Shown: positions 26,296 through 38,200 of the stretch, piece by piece
Layout: every line of letters starts with the position of its first letter
Numbering within the stretch: the stretch's first letter is position 1
DNA from: Podarcis erhardii
Taxonomy: Eukaryota
Reading direction: 5' to 3' (one strand)
DNA: 64,000 nucleotides
Assembly: GCA_964252035.1 (NCBI GenBank)
Contig: OZ176206.1
Translations under genes and position numbers: made by a program
Notes under the pieces: generated by a model
Told to the model about the DNA's origin: nothing
What the model saw: only the letters and a program-made list of their open reading frames with translations
Database searches by the model: none

Positions 26296-28752
26296 CTGTG
26301 GGCAAAGGAGAAAGAAGAGAAGAACAGTAACCAAAATCTGGGGAGTCATCTTGGCTTCTCCTTGGAAGTCTGTAAAGTCTCTGGTGTGAGGCCTGGGTAC
26401 CTTCAGCTGCTCTATTTATGGCATGGCTCTTTCCAGAAATTGCAGCCCATGTTGCTCAGTGTAAAAGCTCCATTGTCAATGGAGGAAAGCATAACTTATC
26501 AGAAACCACCATCAAATGGAAAGGTGTTGTAGATCTAAAAGACAGATCTAAAAGACAGGGACCAACGGGGTGGCAAACAATGCAACCAAGTATTAATCAT
26601 CAGCTAAGCCAAGTTGCTCAGCTTGACCTTTTTCCAGGTATGTGCGGTGAGGTAAGTGCATGGTCCATACACACAACATCCCCCCTTCGTAGTACAATTG
26701 AGGATTCTCTTGCAGAGTTGGAAAGGCTTGTGGAGGTAAAACTGCAGACAATTGTGCTGTGTCAGGAAACTAGAAATAAGCAGGCAAGAAGCAGGGTAAG
26801 CAGTTGCAAATAGGGCCCCTTGATTAACTATCCCTTAAGAATTTCTGAAGTGCCTAAGGGAAACGAGACCATGGGCAAGAACTGTACAAATCTTCTTTAA
26901 GTTTCCTAAGCCTGTTGTGACAGGGCAATCCCTTGTCAAGCTTGTGTCAAGTAAACAGTGTGAACTTAGCTGACTACCATAGCTTCTATGAGTGGTGGGG
27001 GTGACCTTTGGAGCCTAATTCATACAGTAGTGCCAAGTAGGAGTAACTCACAGTGGGAACTGAATCATTGGTTTTGGTCACTTGGCAGCTGGGTCATGGA
27101 TGGGAAGAGGTGGACACCAATGGTGAGATTCCTGAATCTTCCACCAAAGTATCCTGGGGACAGGATGGGACTTTTCTATGGTTGCTCCCCATCTGTAGAA
27201 TGTTCTCCCCAGGGAACTTAGCTGACTACCATAGCTTCTCTGTGTGGTGGGCATGACCTTTGGAGCCTAATTCATACTGTAGTGCCAAGTAGGAGGAACT
27301 CCCCATTTGTGGACTGGTCTCCCCAGGAAGGTTCGGCTGGCAGCTTCATTTAAGCTGCTCTTATGAAGGGTCAATACAGTCTAGGAATACGTGCGGAAAT
27401 CAATCATTATGCTGACAGTCATTATGGAATACCTATTTCCCTCAGAAAGCAACAGTTCTCAGAGTGCCTTCGCAGTCAATCCCCCTTCCCAGGAAGCTCT
27501 GGGAAATGTAGCTCTGGGACGCGAATAAGGGTCTCCTGATGACTCTTAGCACCTTTAACAAACACACAGGATTCCTTGCAGGAAGCCATGACTGTTTATA
27601 GTGGCATCATATTGTTTTAAATATACAGTTGGATGCGGCCCAATTCACACAGCACAGCAGGGGAGGCTGGTCACTGTGTGTCAGGGACTAGCAGGATGCT
27701 GACAAGTGTTCACACTGGCAAGGGGGGTGTCACTGACTTGAGAGAATTTAGTGATTTGTGGGCTACTGTAGCAGCCAAGAGGCAAAAGCTGAAGGCAGGG
27801 GAAGCTTCAGAGCTGGAAGGTGGTCACAGGATGGGTCAGAAGAAGAGGAGGAAGAGGCATCTCAGGTAAGAGAAGGGTCTCATCTAATTTGACCCTGAGG
27901 TTCTATATCTTAGCCTGGTCCACCATAAAGAACCAGACAATACTGTACGAGAAAAAGCAGCATGTAACTTGCTTCAGTTGTTTGGTGAATGGAGTATCCT
28001 TTATGCCAAGGACAAGGAAATTAAGACAAGCATTGGTAGGTGACGTCCCAGCTAAAGCCATTCAATAAAATACACTTTGCTGAAGCTGCTATTGTGAAGA
28101 ATTAAAACATTGCAAAGTGTAGCTATTAAAAGAGTTGCACTTGGAATTTGACTTTGTCATAGGGAGTCCAGATAGTTGAAAGAATGTCCTCCAGAGACCT
28201 CATTGCAACCGGAAGTGGCACCTCACCTACTTGAGAGATTCAAGCAGCTGGACACTGGTGTTGTTATTGGATAATCACTGATCTAAGCTTTGCAAATTGA
28301 TTTAGGTGTTTTGTTATAAGTTTGCTGAAAGACTTGAGGGGAGTTAACTCTCTAACCCATAGTGTTTTTAATGGGGTTTACAAGTAAGATTTACAGGATA
28401 ATGGAAATGTAATAATAACATTTCAAAAACAGGTCTGATTTAGGCAATCCAGAGTTTGATTCTCCTCTGGATAGGATAGCCATGTAGGAATGCAGGAAGC
28501 TGCCTTATACCAAGTCACACCATTGATACATTTTAGCTCTATATTGTTGACACTGACTGGCAGCGTCCCTTCAGGATTTCAGACATCGGTCTCTCCCAGC
28601 CATCTCTGGAGGTTCCAGGGATAGTCCCTGGGAACTTCTGTATGCAAGGCAGCTGCCTGGTGCATGCTGCTTTGCAACTCAGTCCATTGCGGGTGAGTCG
28701 TGCAGAATTAAGAACTGGAATATTTCTGGAATATTTGTATCCATGTATTTAC

Positions 28753-29000
28753 TCATTTTTAGAAGGTTGGTGTGGTGGTGCTATACACAAAGCACAACAG
28801 AAAACTGCTAAATGCTGAAGGCTTACATGTAACTTCTGTACCCCAATTCCCAGGGAAAGGATTAGGGGTGAGGTTGTTTGGGTAAGGCTTCTCAGCACGT
28901 TTTCAGGACAGTAAGGGCACCAAGCAAGTGTTTGGCAGACTCCTAGCATCTCGTTTTGTGTTTTATAGACCATTTTGCTCATCCTGCTAACTCCATCAAT
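28753..29000 (-). pseudogene. Decayed putative 5' exons of gene B, including a signal-peptide-like segment (HLAVFCCALCIAPPHQPSK)
   Basis: Homologous to 3170-3603; hydrophobic stretch followed by gtaaat; no in-frame ATG (ATG is followed by TAA); upstream donor mutated. Confidence 0.35.
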
Positions 29001-29089
29001 TGCTGAGAAAGAAGTCTGGCAGCACCACTAGCAGCAGCGGAAGCCTGGGGAGGAACAGCTAATTGACCCCAAGGACCCAGAGATAATAA

Positions 29090-29705
29090 TAAATAATAAT
29101 TAAAAAAATTATTTATACCCCACCCTCCCCAGCCAAGACCGGGCTCAGGGCAGCTAACAACCAATAATAAAAACAAGTTGATTAAAATACAACTTAAAAA
29201 ACCCCAGGATTAAAATACAACATTAAAACATTAAGATGCAGCCTCTTCACAGGAGGAGAAAGGAAAAAAGAAAGAGGGGGAAGGAATCAAATTGATTCTA
29301 AGCCAAAGGCCAGGCGGAACAACTCTGTCCTACAGGCCCTGAGGAAACAAATCAGATCCCGCAAGGCCCTGGTCTCATGAGACAGAGCATTCCACCAGAC
29401 CAGAGCCAGTGTTGCATAGGCCCTGACTCAGGTTGAGGCTAATCTAACTTCCTTAGGGCCTTGGACCTCTAGGGTGTTGCTATTTATGGACCTTAGGATC
29501 CTCCGTGGGGCATACCAGGAGAGGCGGTCCCGTAGATACGAGGGTCCTAGGCCATGAAGGGCTTTAAAGGTCAAAACCAGCACCTTAAATCTGACCCTGT
29601 ACTCCACTGGAGTTTCTGGGACAGCTTCAAAAGCATCCCCGCATAGAGCTAATTACAGTAGTCCAGCCTGGAGATGACCGCCGCATGGATCACTGTGGCC
29701 AGGTA
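29090..29705 (-). mobile_element. L2-type LINE 3' fragment
   Basis: Same architecture as 1165-1620 (tttatttataccccacc...agggctttaaaggtca). Confidence 0.7.
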
Positions 29706-29988
29706 GAGATGCAAGCATATTCATTTCCACACTCTCCAGTTCCTCTGCCTACCCCTGCATCTCCTCAACCACTGCCAGCTGACATGCTCTGCTTTCATGC
29801 CTTCCATGGGCAAAAGCCTGGATGCTGAGACGAAGCTGCTGCTCCGAGTCACCGGTTGCAAGCTCATCAGGGCTGTCGGATCCTGCTTCCTCACTCAACG
29901 TCTTTCTCGCGGCCTCTCCCTCTTGCCTGGTGGACTCAACTGGCCACTCCACTTGCTCCCCTCAGCATCCACCTCCTCCTTCACCAAC

Positions 29989-30166
29989 TTGTCGGCCAGG
30001 GTGAGGCTGCAGAAGCTGGGGCAGCTGGTGGTGGACAGGACACAGTGCAGCGGGAACATACTGAGGTTGGAGGCACTGCTGGACTTCCTGGTCGGCCTCC
30101 ACACCAAGTCCAGCCATGACTCACTGCTCAGGAGGGACAGGCTTGTCTCAAACTTCCTCAAGTGGG
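29989..30166 (+). pseudogene. Orphan DMPK/MRCK (CDC42BP) family kinase exon-1 fragment
   Basis: (L)SARVRLQKLGQLVVDRTQCSGNILRLEALLDFLVGLHTKSSHDSLLRRDRLVSNFLKW resembles the recalled DMPK/MRCK N-termini (MSAEVRLRRLQQLVLD...LEPLLDLLLGVH...DKYVADFLQW). Start position is TTG instead of ATG; similarity stops at W+G with no GT donor. Confidence 0.8.
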
Positions 30167-31454
30167 AATTGACCTCCTGATTATCATGAGTGAGGAAGAC
30201 AAGTTCTTTGTCAACAATGCCTGGGCAGGCTACTCAGTCAATGCCCACCTTACCATTGGCAGTAGGCCCAGAGCCCCACTGTCTCCACCATGGTCCACTG
30301 CCCAGGGACCCCAGCATCTGGCTGAGCTGGTGTAACAATGGGCAGCATCTGTGTTTTATGTGTATTTTAATAAACTGACTAGAGTGAAATATTATGAGTC
30401 ATGAGGGCATGCAGTGTCTGTGTATAACCTTAACAGTGCTTTGCTTATTTTTAAAGTTGCTATTCTGTTGTCAATATTGTTTTATAGATTGTAAATGCTG
30501 TGTTGATTTGTTAATCATATGACCTTTACTGTAATTGTGATGTTTAGGCTATGTTCTTAGCTTTCTTAATAGCATTTTATAGGTTGTAATTGTTTTATTG
30601 ATGATTGGTTAATTGTTTTATATTATTTATGCTGTATTTGTAATGTTCTTTTATGTTTTATTACGCTATTGTTATTTATTATTTGTAAGGCACTTTGGGA
30701 TTCATTTGAATGAAACGCAGCATAGAAATACAACAAATCAAATCATTAAAATTGATTTTCTCCTGGCCTGTCATATGCAGCTTTGGCTGAGTGGGCATAT
30801 GATGAAATTTCCATAATTTCAGGAAAAGGAAGCTGTTTCTACACCAAGGAAGTTAACCACATAATCCTAACTAAGGTTGGCCCAGCCCCTGCCCCCAGTT
30901 CCACCCATCTCCTCCCCTAATTTTCCTTCTGACCACTAGTTTCTCCACTAATTCCCATAACAACTGCTTATATGCACCTCCAGCTTGGACCAGCTTGCAT
31001 TGCTTCCACCACAATTTAAAGAGAGGCAGGCCTGAGCAGAAGGAGGGAGCAGTCTGGCACACTTTTCCTGGACCTCGGAAGACTAAGCTGGCTAGGGGAC
31101 CCCACCAGGGACCGGCTGCTTTTTGGTTTGAGTTTATAACTTTATTCCAACGAGATTCCCAACCCGGGAATCGAACTGCAGGATGAAGTCATCATGTGCC
31201 CAGATTCCTGAAAGGGTTTGCAGAAAATTCATGAATAGGTGGAGTCCTGTGATTTTACTACCTCGTATTGAAAATGGGCCATTCTGTAGCGAGCCACTGC
31301 CTAGTTGCCATCAGCCCTGTATTTACTGAATTCATGTATCACAAAAGCAAACATATGTGGTGACATGTGTGACATGTGAGTGGATCTTGTTTCAACAGTA
31401 ATGAATGTTATGATTTCTTAGTTGGACCGTTAATAAAAAGCAAGCAAACCATTT

Positions 31455-31715
31455 CAGTGTCATTGCAATTTTCTTTTATTTTTGCAAAGCGATTGCCATC
31501 CTCCAGGGGGGTAGTGGGGCAGTTTTTAGTGCCCTCTGCCCTCTATTACAAAGGCAACAAAATCAGTTACAGAAATTATCTAAAGTGTACTAGTATGATT
31601 CATGATTCTCTGGTTTCACTTGATTGGCTTTGGAGTGGCAATGTGGAATGCGCAGGAGCAAGAAGTCATTGTCAATCTGGTCCAGGAGCGTAGGTATGTT
31701 CAGTCCGTAATACAC
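31455..31715 (-). other. Gene A non-coding last exon (3' UTR) with polyA signal
   Basis: Acceptor ttattatttccag at 31716; AATAAA at 31475-31480 (minus); homologous to 4490-4738. Confidence 0.7.
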
Positions 31716-32256
31716 CTGGAAATAATAAAGTAAATCATATAAATTAATCTAGTGATGACAATCTTATTCTAAAGGGAATTGAGGGACAACCTACCAGTGT
31801 TCTTGAACCCAATCCCCATCTTTCCTAGCCAGCATAGCCAATGGTCAACAATGATGGGACTTAGCATCCAATAATATCTGCAGAGCATCATTTCTCTGGA
31901 GTCCAGGCCCTGAGTGGTATCACCACAGGACCAACTTTAACTCTCCAGCTTATCATCAGCGTTGAGTACATTATCTAGTCAACAGAGCTGAAGTTTTATT
32001 AGTAGGGTCTTGATTTCATTTTGTATGACGAAGTATATATGTTATACTGTGGATTCGAGTGAAAGCATATTCAGTGGTGACAGGGTACCCATCCTACCCT
32101 CTAATGTGATAGCTTCTCTACAGACTAGAAAATATTTCACACATAGGAGGCTCTCAGAGAAAGGTAATACTTTCCCCTGAAGTATTTCAGTCCCACCAGG
32201 ATATTGCTAATGACACAGATGAACCATATGTAGACTATATACATAGAAATACTTAC

Positions 32257-32265
32257 AATTCTTTA
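32257..32265 (-). CDS. Gene A 9-nt stop-codon exon
   Basis: gagcag|TAAAGAATT|gtaagt; paralogous to 7668-7676. Confidence 0.65.
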
Positions 32266-35200
32266 CTGCTCAGGTAGATTGTTGTTGAAAAAGAAGCAAA
32301 AGACACAAGTTATTTCTCTGTTTCCTTAGGGCACTAAGTAAGTCACTACAGGTCACTAAATGACTAGCAAACAGGCATTTAATTGAAAGGAAGGAGAGGA
32401 TACCCAGAACAAAGATTTACTTATCACTGAGAAATATATATTTTGTTCATAGAAGACCGACTGAAATTAATGGACATGACTAACTTAGGTAATTAATTTC
32501 AATCGGTCTCCTCTGAATAAATAGACCAAGGAAGGCAACCATTTCAGCACAGAGGGAAGCTTTTGTAGGCTCATAGCTACTGTAAAATGTTTCTTACGAT
32601 TATTTATTTTTAATATATTTGTTATATACTGCCCTTAATCAAGTTGAAAATACAAGATAAAAATGCAAATAACGAGTCACCAATCTGCACATTTGTCTGT
32701 TTTCCATTCTAGGCTTGTGGTAGAAAACTCAGCCATGTAAGATATCAGAAGGCTAAATGGATTCTTGAATACCACTCCTTTCCCCAACCGCGCCTCCCTT
32801 GCCCCCAGGGGGTAAGATTTGCATTTCATGCTCAGTGCCATTTTTCCTGCCTTCCAGCCCTGTTTGGGGGGTGGGAAACGAGGCACTATTCTGAGGGGGA
32901 AGCATTTTGGGTCCCCACATGAAATGCAGCACTAGGGGGGTGGGAATGGGGTTAACAACTTTATGCAGGCGCTCAACCTGCTGCTTCTCTCCATTTCCAC
33001 TTGGAGAACCATAGTACTGCTATTACTCAGACCGCACTAATGTCACTAGGACCACAAGCAAAGATTACACACAAATGCAACAGAAGCTACTGGGTATCAT
33101 CTAGTTAAATAATATTAATAATAGTAATAATGCCCCTTTCATTGTAAACCAAAATATTGCTCATTTAAAAGTATCAGCAATACTCACAACTACACCAGTA
33201 ACACCCTGAAATATAGAAGTGTGTATATAGTTAGTCTTTCCTCAGCAGCTCAAGCATTCATCACTGAGGTGTATAAGGGAGAGGACCTCAACATCCAATA
33301 GGCAGCATTGTCCCGTATTTCCATGTGCTGCATTGCATGTCAAGGCCCTGAGCCTTCCCCCATTTGTTGAATAATAAAACACATGGACACCAGTATTTTA
33401 GGTTAATGGGCTAATAAAGGCCACAACTTAATTGGTCACAGAATGTGAGTGGTATTGGCTTAGGCACTGGAATTGAACCGACTATATCTGACTCCTGCCC
33501 GCCATGCAGCTAGTCCAGTAAGGGTCAACCACCAGTAGGGGGAGCCCTGTGGATGTTCTGAGGCAGGAACCAAGATGGAGAACAACCAGGCCGTGCGGCT
33601 GCATAAATGCTATAAGCCACGCCCTCGGCCGACTGGATTGGTCAGTGGGGGTGTGACGCGGCTGGGACTCCCCCATGATGTGGGGGCACTGCCACACCCC
33701 CGCTGAACACGGTGGGAAGAAGAAGAAGAGTTTGGATTTGATATCCCGCTTTATCACTACCCTAAGGAGTCTCAAAGCGGCTCACAATCTCCTTTCCCTT
33801 CCTCCCCCACAACAAACACTCTGTGAGGTGAGTGGGGCTGAGAGACTTCAGAGAAGTGTGACTGGCCCAAGGTCACCCAGCAGCTGCTTGTGGAGGAGCG
33901 GAGACGCGAACCCGGTTCCCCAGATTACAAGTCCATCGCTCTTAACCACACTGGCTCTCTCCCCACACAGGGAAGGGAGTGGCCTACTAAGATCCCAAGA
34001 GACACCTGAAACTCTGCGGGAAACTGTGAGTAACCTTGTTGCTTAAGTACCAAACTCTTCAAGATAGTATTTCTGGAAATGTGGACCAAATCTAATATAT
34101 ACCATGATCTAACACTACTATGAAGAAAAGAGATAATTCAGCTGCAAAGGGTTCCTTCTATAGTAGGCTGCTTAGAACAGAAGAATCGATTATTTGTCAT
34201 ATTCTTTTTTGGCTAGGATCATATTCTGAGGCAGAAAAGAACTTCCACCTTGCCTCCCTACTACCTTCCCACTACGGACTATATAAAAAATACAGAAAAG
34301 TTCCAGAATACTCACGCTCAGTAAGTTGTTCAAATCAAGACCCTAAATTGAAAAACAAATTGAACTTATTATGCTTTCAGGTGCCCTACATTACGGATGA
34401 CTGCCTATGAAAATAGATAACTATCACCAGACAGTCTTCAATTAAAATGTGTTCTCTTAGAGGGGATGCCTGGTCCAAGTCCAGTTCAACAATATGGAAT
34501 CAAGTCCAGGTTCATATTACATGCTGCTTGTTTGTTTCATATGCTTCCTTTCCTTCACGGATTCTTCCTTTTATTACAGCTGTTAGCAATACTAAGGGAC
34601 CTTTTCCAGGAAGGATATGTGAGATATGAACATTTTAATACAACTCAAATTACATGGGCTTCAAGAGACAGAGCACTAGGAGAATTCAGATACTCCAATT
34701 ATTCATGTGGCATTCACACCCCAATGTTCCCAAAAGCTTTACACCAACAGGAAACCCAAGACTTGTCATATGAAGTGACAATATACAGTACAGTAGATCT
34801 GCAATTGACATGGGCGTCATGTTTCGGGGGTTTACGTACAAAGGCAAAACCATGCAAAGTGAGGAAGGCCCCATGGAACCATTCGCTCAAGGCCTGCTAC
34901 TACCTTGCCAGACTCTGGGAAGGTTGTGCGAGGTCTCTGGAAGGCTGTGGGAGGCTCCTGAGAGATATGAAGGGATGTCAATCCAAGTCCAGTTACATAT
35001 TACACTATCTTGGAGACACCTACAATAAGACATCCCAGCTTTTATTTCCTTCATGTCAGCAATGAATGTAGGGAAGCAGCAAATGATAATCAAATGCTCT
35101 TCACAAATGCCTACCTTTAAAAAAGGGCAATCATATTAACTCTGTCTGTTCTTCCCTGGCTTGGATCATATTTTGAAAAAGAGAAGAACTAAATGGAAAT

Positions 35201-38200
35201 AACAAGTTGAACTTCCTATGTTTTTGTGCTAAATTTTATAATTCTCTCCTTGGGTATCAAAAGTTGGCTGCCTGTAACAAATGGCAAACATTATAGCCCA
35301 ATGAGTTCTTCCCTTGCTGGGATCATCCTCTGACCACCTCCTTCCTTCCCTTCCTGCTTTCCATTTTCACACTACATACAATATAATAATCATTCAAAGG
35401 TTTCACAATACTCACGCTCAATAGACCTTGCAAACCCTACAGTGAAAAACAAATAAAACTTGTTAGGCTTTCATGTTGTTTGCGCCCCTTATAATCTGCA
35501 ACACTTGACAGAGCACAGTTGTTTATTCTGAAGAACCATCAGTACACAGTCCACTATGTAAAAGTGTCCTTTGAGAGAATATGTGGCCAAAGTCCAGTTT
35601 AAGGATACAGGGCACAGCAGATTATATCTAAAATATAATCGTTCAAAATTCCTGCCTTTGGAAAGGCAATGCATTTTAGCTGTGTGAATTCTTCCCTGGC
35701 TGAGGTTATATTGTGACAGAGAGTAACTTTTCCTTTCTTCCTCATCTCCACTTTCCCACTAAAAAGAAAACAAAAAAATCTCAATACTCACTGCCAAGGC
35801 TCCATTCGCATCAGCACGCTAAATTGAAAAGCAGATTGAACTGATTAGCAAATGGTATGGGAGATCCAGTCACAGATATGACACGTAACACATAGTTGGG
35901 TCAATACATATCAAGTACTAACAAGAATTCTTTCAAAGCGTTAATTCTATCAGGCAACAGCAAGCTATAACTCAGCATTGGAACACATTTTTAAAAGAAA
36001 AGCCTGACTAGCTTTTCAGATATCTTTTAAATAAAAAACTTTTTAAAGAAATTCCTGAAGTAAGTGCTATTATAGTTTGAGGTCTTGTTTATTCTGTTAT
36101 ATTTTACTCCAAGAAGGCCCATTTATCCTAAATAGAACCCCATAAGGTGGAGATGTATGTAATGTGATCCCATTGAGATCCCAAGATGAAAGTTTGCAAG
36201 CAGCTCTTAGAAATATTAAATAAATACATTTTTGGAAATTTATATATATATATTATAATAATTTTTTATTACTTTTTAAAATTGAAACTCTAAAGTAAGT
36301 ACATCATATAACATATAATATTAAAAACCATGGCGTTCTGAAGAGATTGGTGTTTTTAGTTTTGATATATCTGAATTCTGGGTTGAGCTTTTAAGGTGTT
36401 TGTGTAGTCTGGCAAGGCCAAAAAATAATAGTGGAGTTGGAGCATACAAGGGAAATCTGAAAATATTTTCATGATATTGCTTGGAAGTTCAGCTATTCTG
36501 GTGCCAGCCAACTCCTGCTTGCAGAGGTTTCCTAAAAAGCCTCTCTTAAAAGCCCAGATTCTTCTTTTCAAGATAAAACTATTTTCTGAACAAAAGAGAA
36601 ATCAGCTGCCCAAAACAAAGATATATAGACGGAGCCTAGGCTGCAGGGATTTAGAAAGGCAATTTTAGACCCTGGATGGGCCTAGAATTGCATTTTGCAG
36701 GGGGAGGTTCAAACAAAACAGACCATATAGGTAGTACACAAAGACTTCAAAATACTCACTTCCAGTGTCGAATGCACCTCAGGATCCTAAATTGAAAAGC
36801 AAATGGAATTACTTGGGCTTTTATGTACTCTTAACACTATGTCAGATGCCCACCTATACAGAGGGAAATCATCTACTTCGAAGGGTTGTCAGCTATTTAA
36901 AAGTGCTCTCTATATGAAGGGTGATTAATCAAAGTCCAGATACATATGAAACACTGCTTGGGGAGATCTACAATGAGACACCCCAGCTTTCATTTCCTTA
37001 ATGGTAGCAATGAATGTAGGGGGGCAGCAAATGCTTTGACAAATGCCTAGCTTTAAGAAAGGGCAATCATATTAGCTCTGTTTGTTCTTCCCTGACTCGG
37101 ATTCTATTTTTTGGGGGGGGGCTACTCTTTTCTTCCCCGCCTTCATCCCACTTTCCCATTATGGACTACGTAGACAAAACAATGGTTCACAATTCAAACA
37201 TTCACTTTCTCAACAGCACCCTAAATGAAAATAAATGGAAAGTTCTCACTACAAACCATAGAACAACCATAGAAATGTTTCACAATACTCACTTTCAACA
37301 ATTGATCTACAACCTACAGAGAAAAGCAAATTGAACATATTAGGCTTTCATGTTCTTTGCACGACATATATTTTGCAATACTTGACACAGGACAATTGTT
37401 TATTCTGAAGAACCATCAGCACACAGTCCACTGTGTAAAAGTGTCCTCTGTTTGAGAGAATGTTTAGCCAAAAGTCCAGGATTTTAGCTCATTTCCTTCC
37501 CTGAATCATTCCATACATTCTGGAAAAGAGGGGTGGCAAATAATATTAGTTGCCAGCCAAATGGCAAATATTATCGTCTAATGAGTTCTTCCATGGTTTG
37601 GGGCATCCACTGAGTCACAGAAGAGTTCCTCCTTCCTTCTCTCTATTCCTCCCATTTTAATGCAACAAACCGTATCGTAAACACACTAAGCTTTCGCAAT
37701 ACTCACTTGCAGTTTTTCTGGCAGACGAAGGCTCTAAATAGAAAAGCAAATTGAATTTATTAGATATTAGTGTCTGGCCAAAGTTCAGTATACAGAAATG
37801 TAAAAAATGAGACGTGCAGGGGGCAGCAGATTATATCTGAATGCCTAAAAGAATTCATTGCTTTAGGAAAGGGCAAGCATTTTAGCTCTGTGAATTCTTC
37901 CCAGCATGAGGTTATATATTGTAACAGAGAATAACTTTTCCTCTCCCCACCCCGAACTCCCTTCCACTTTCCCACTACAAATCATATAGGAAACCCGCTC
38001 AAGAATCACAATACATTCATGGATGCATTCACATCAAGACCCTAAACTCAAAAGCAAATCGAACTGATTAGCAAATGGTGGGAGATCCAGTCCCAGGTTT
38101 GCCACCTAACACATAGTTTCATCCTCAAGCAAGAATTTTACCGTTTCATGTGGCAAAGAACAAAATATAAAGGCAAACAAACGAAAACTGATTCAGTCTC

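Larger units (their letters stand above)
16100..28240. repeat. Dispersed duplication inside gene B: 16100-17380 matches 26210-27410 plus 28130-28240; also 9400-9990 matches 24970-25800
   Basis: Directly visible long matches, each containing a paralogous micro-exon (ERIA/ESTA; GLRKKRSP/GLRSKRSP). Confidence 0.85.

Noticed and set aside
34466-35065. 199-aa ORF (and sister 44337-44891) as a protein-coding gene
   Set aside because: Lies in an intron on the opposite strand, has no recognisable domain, and the two copies differ by large indels and starts.
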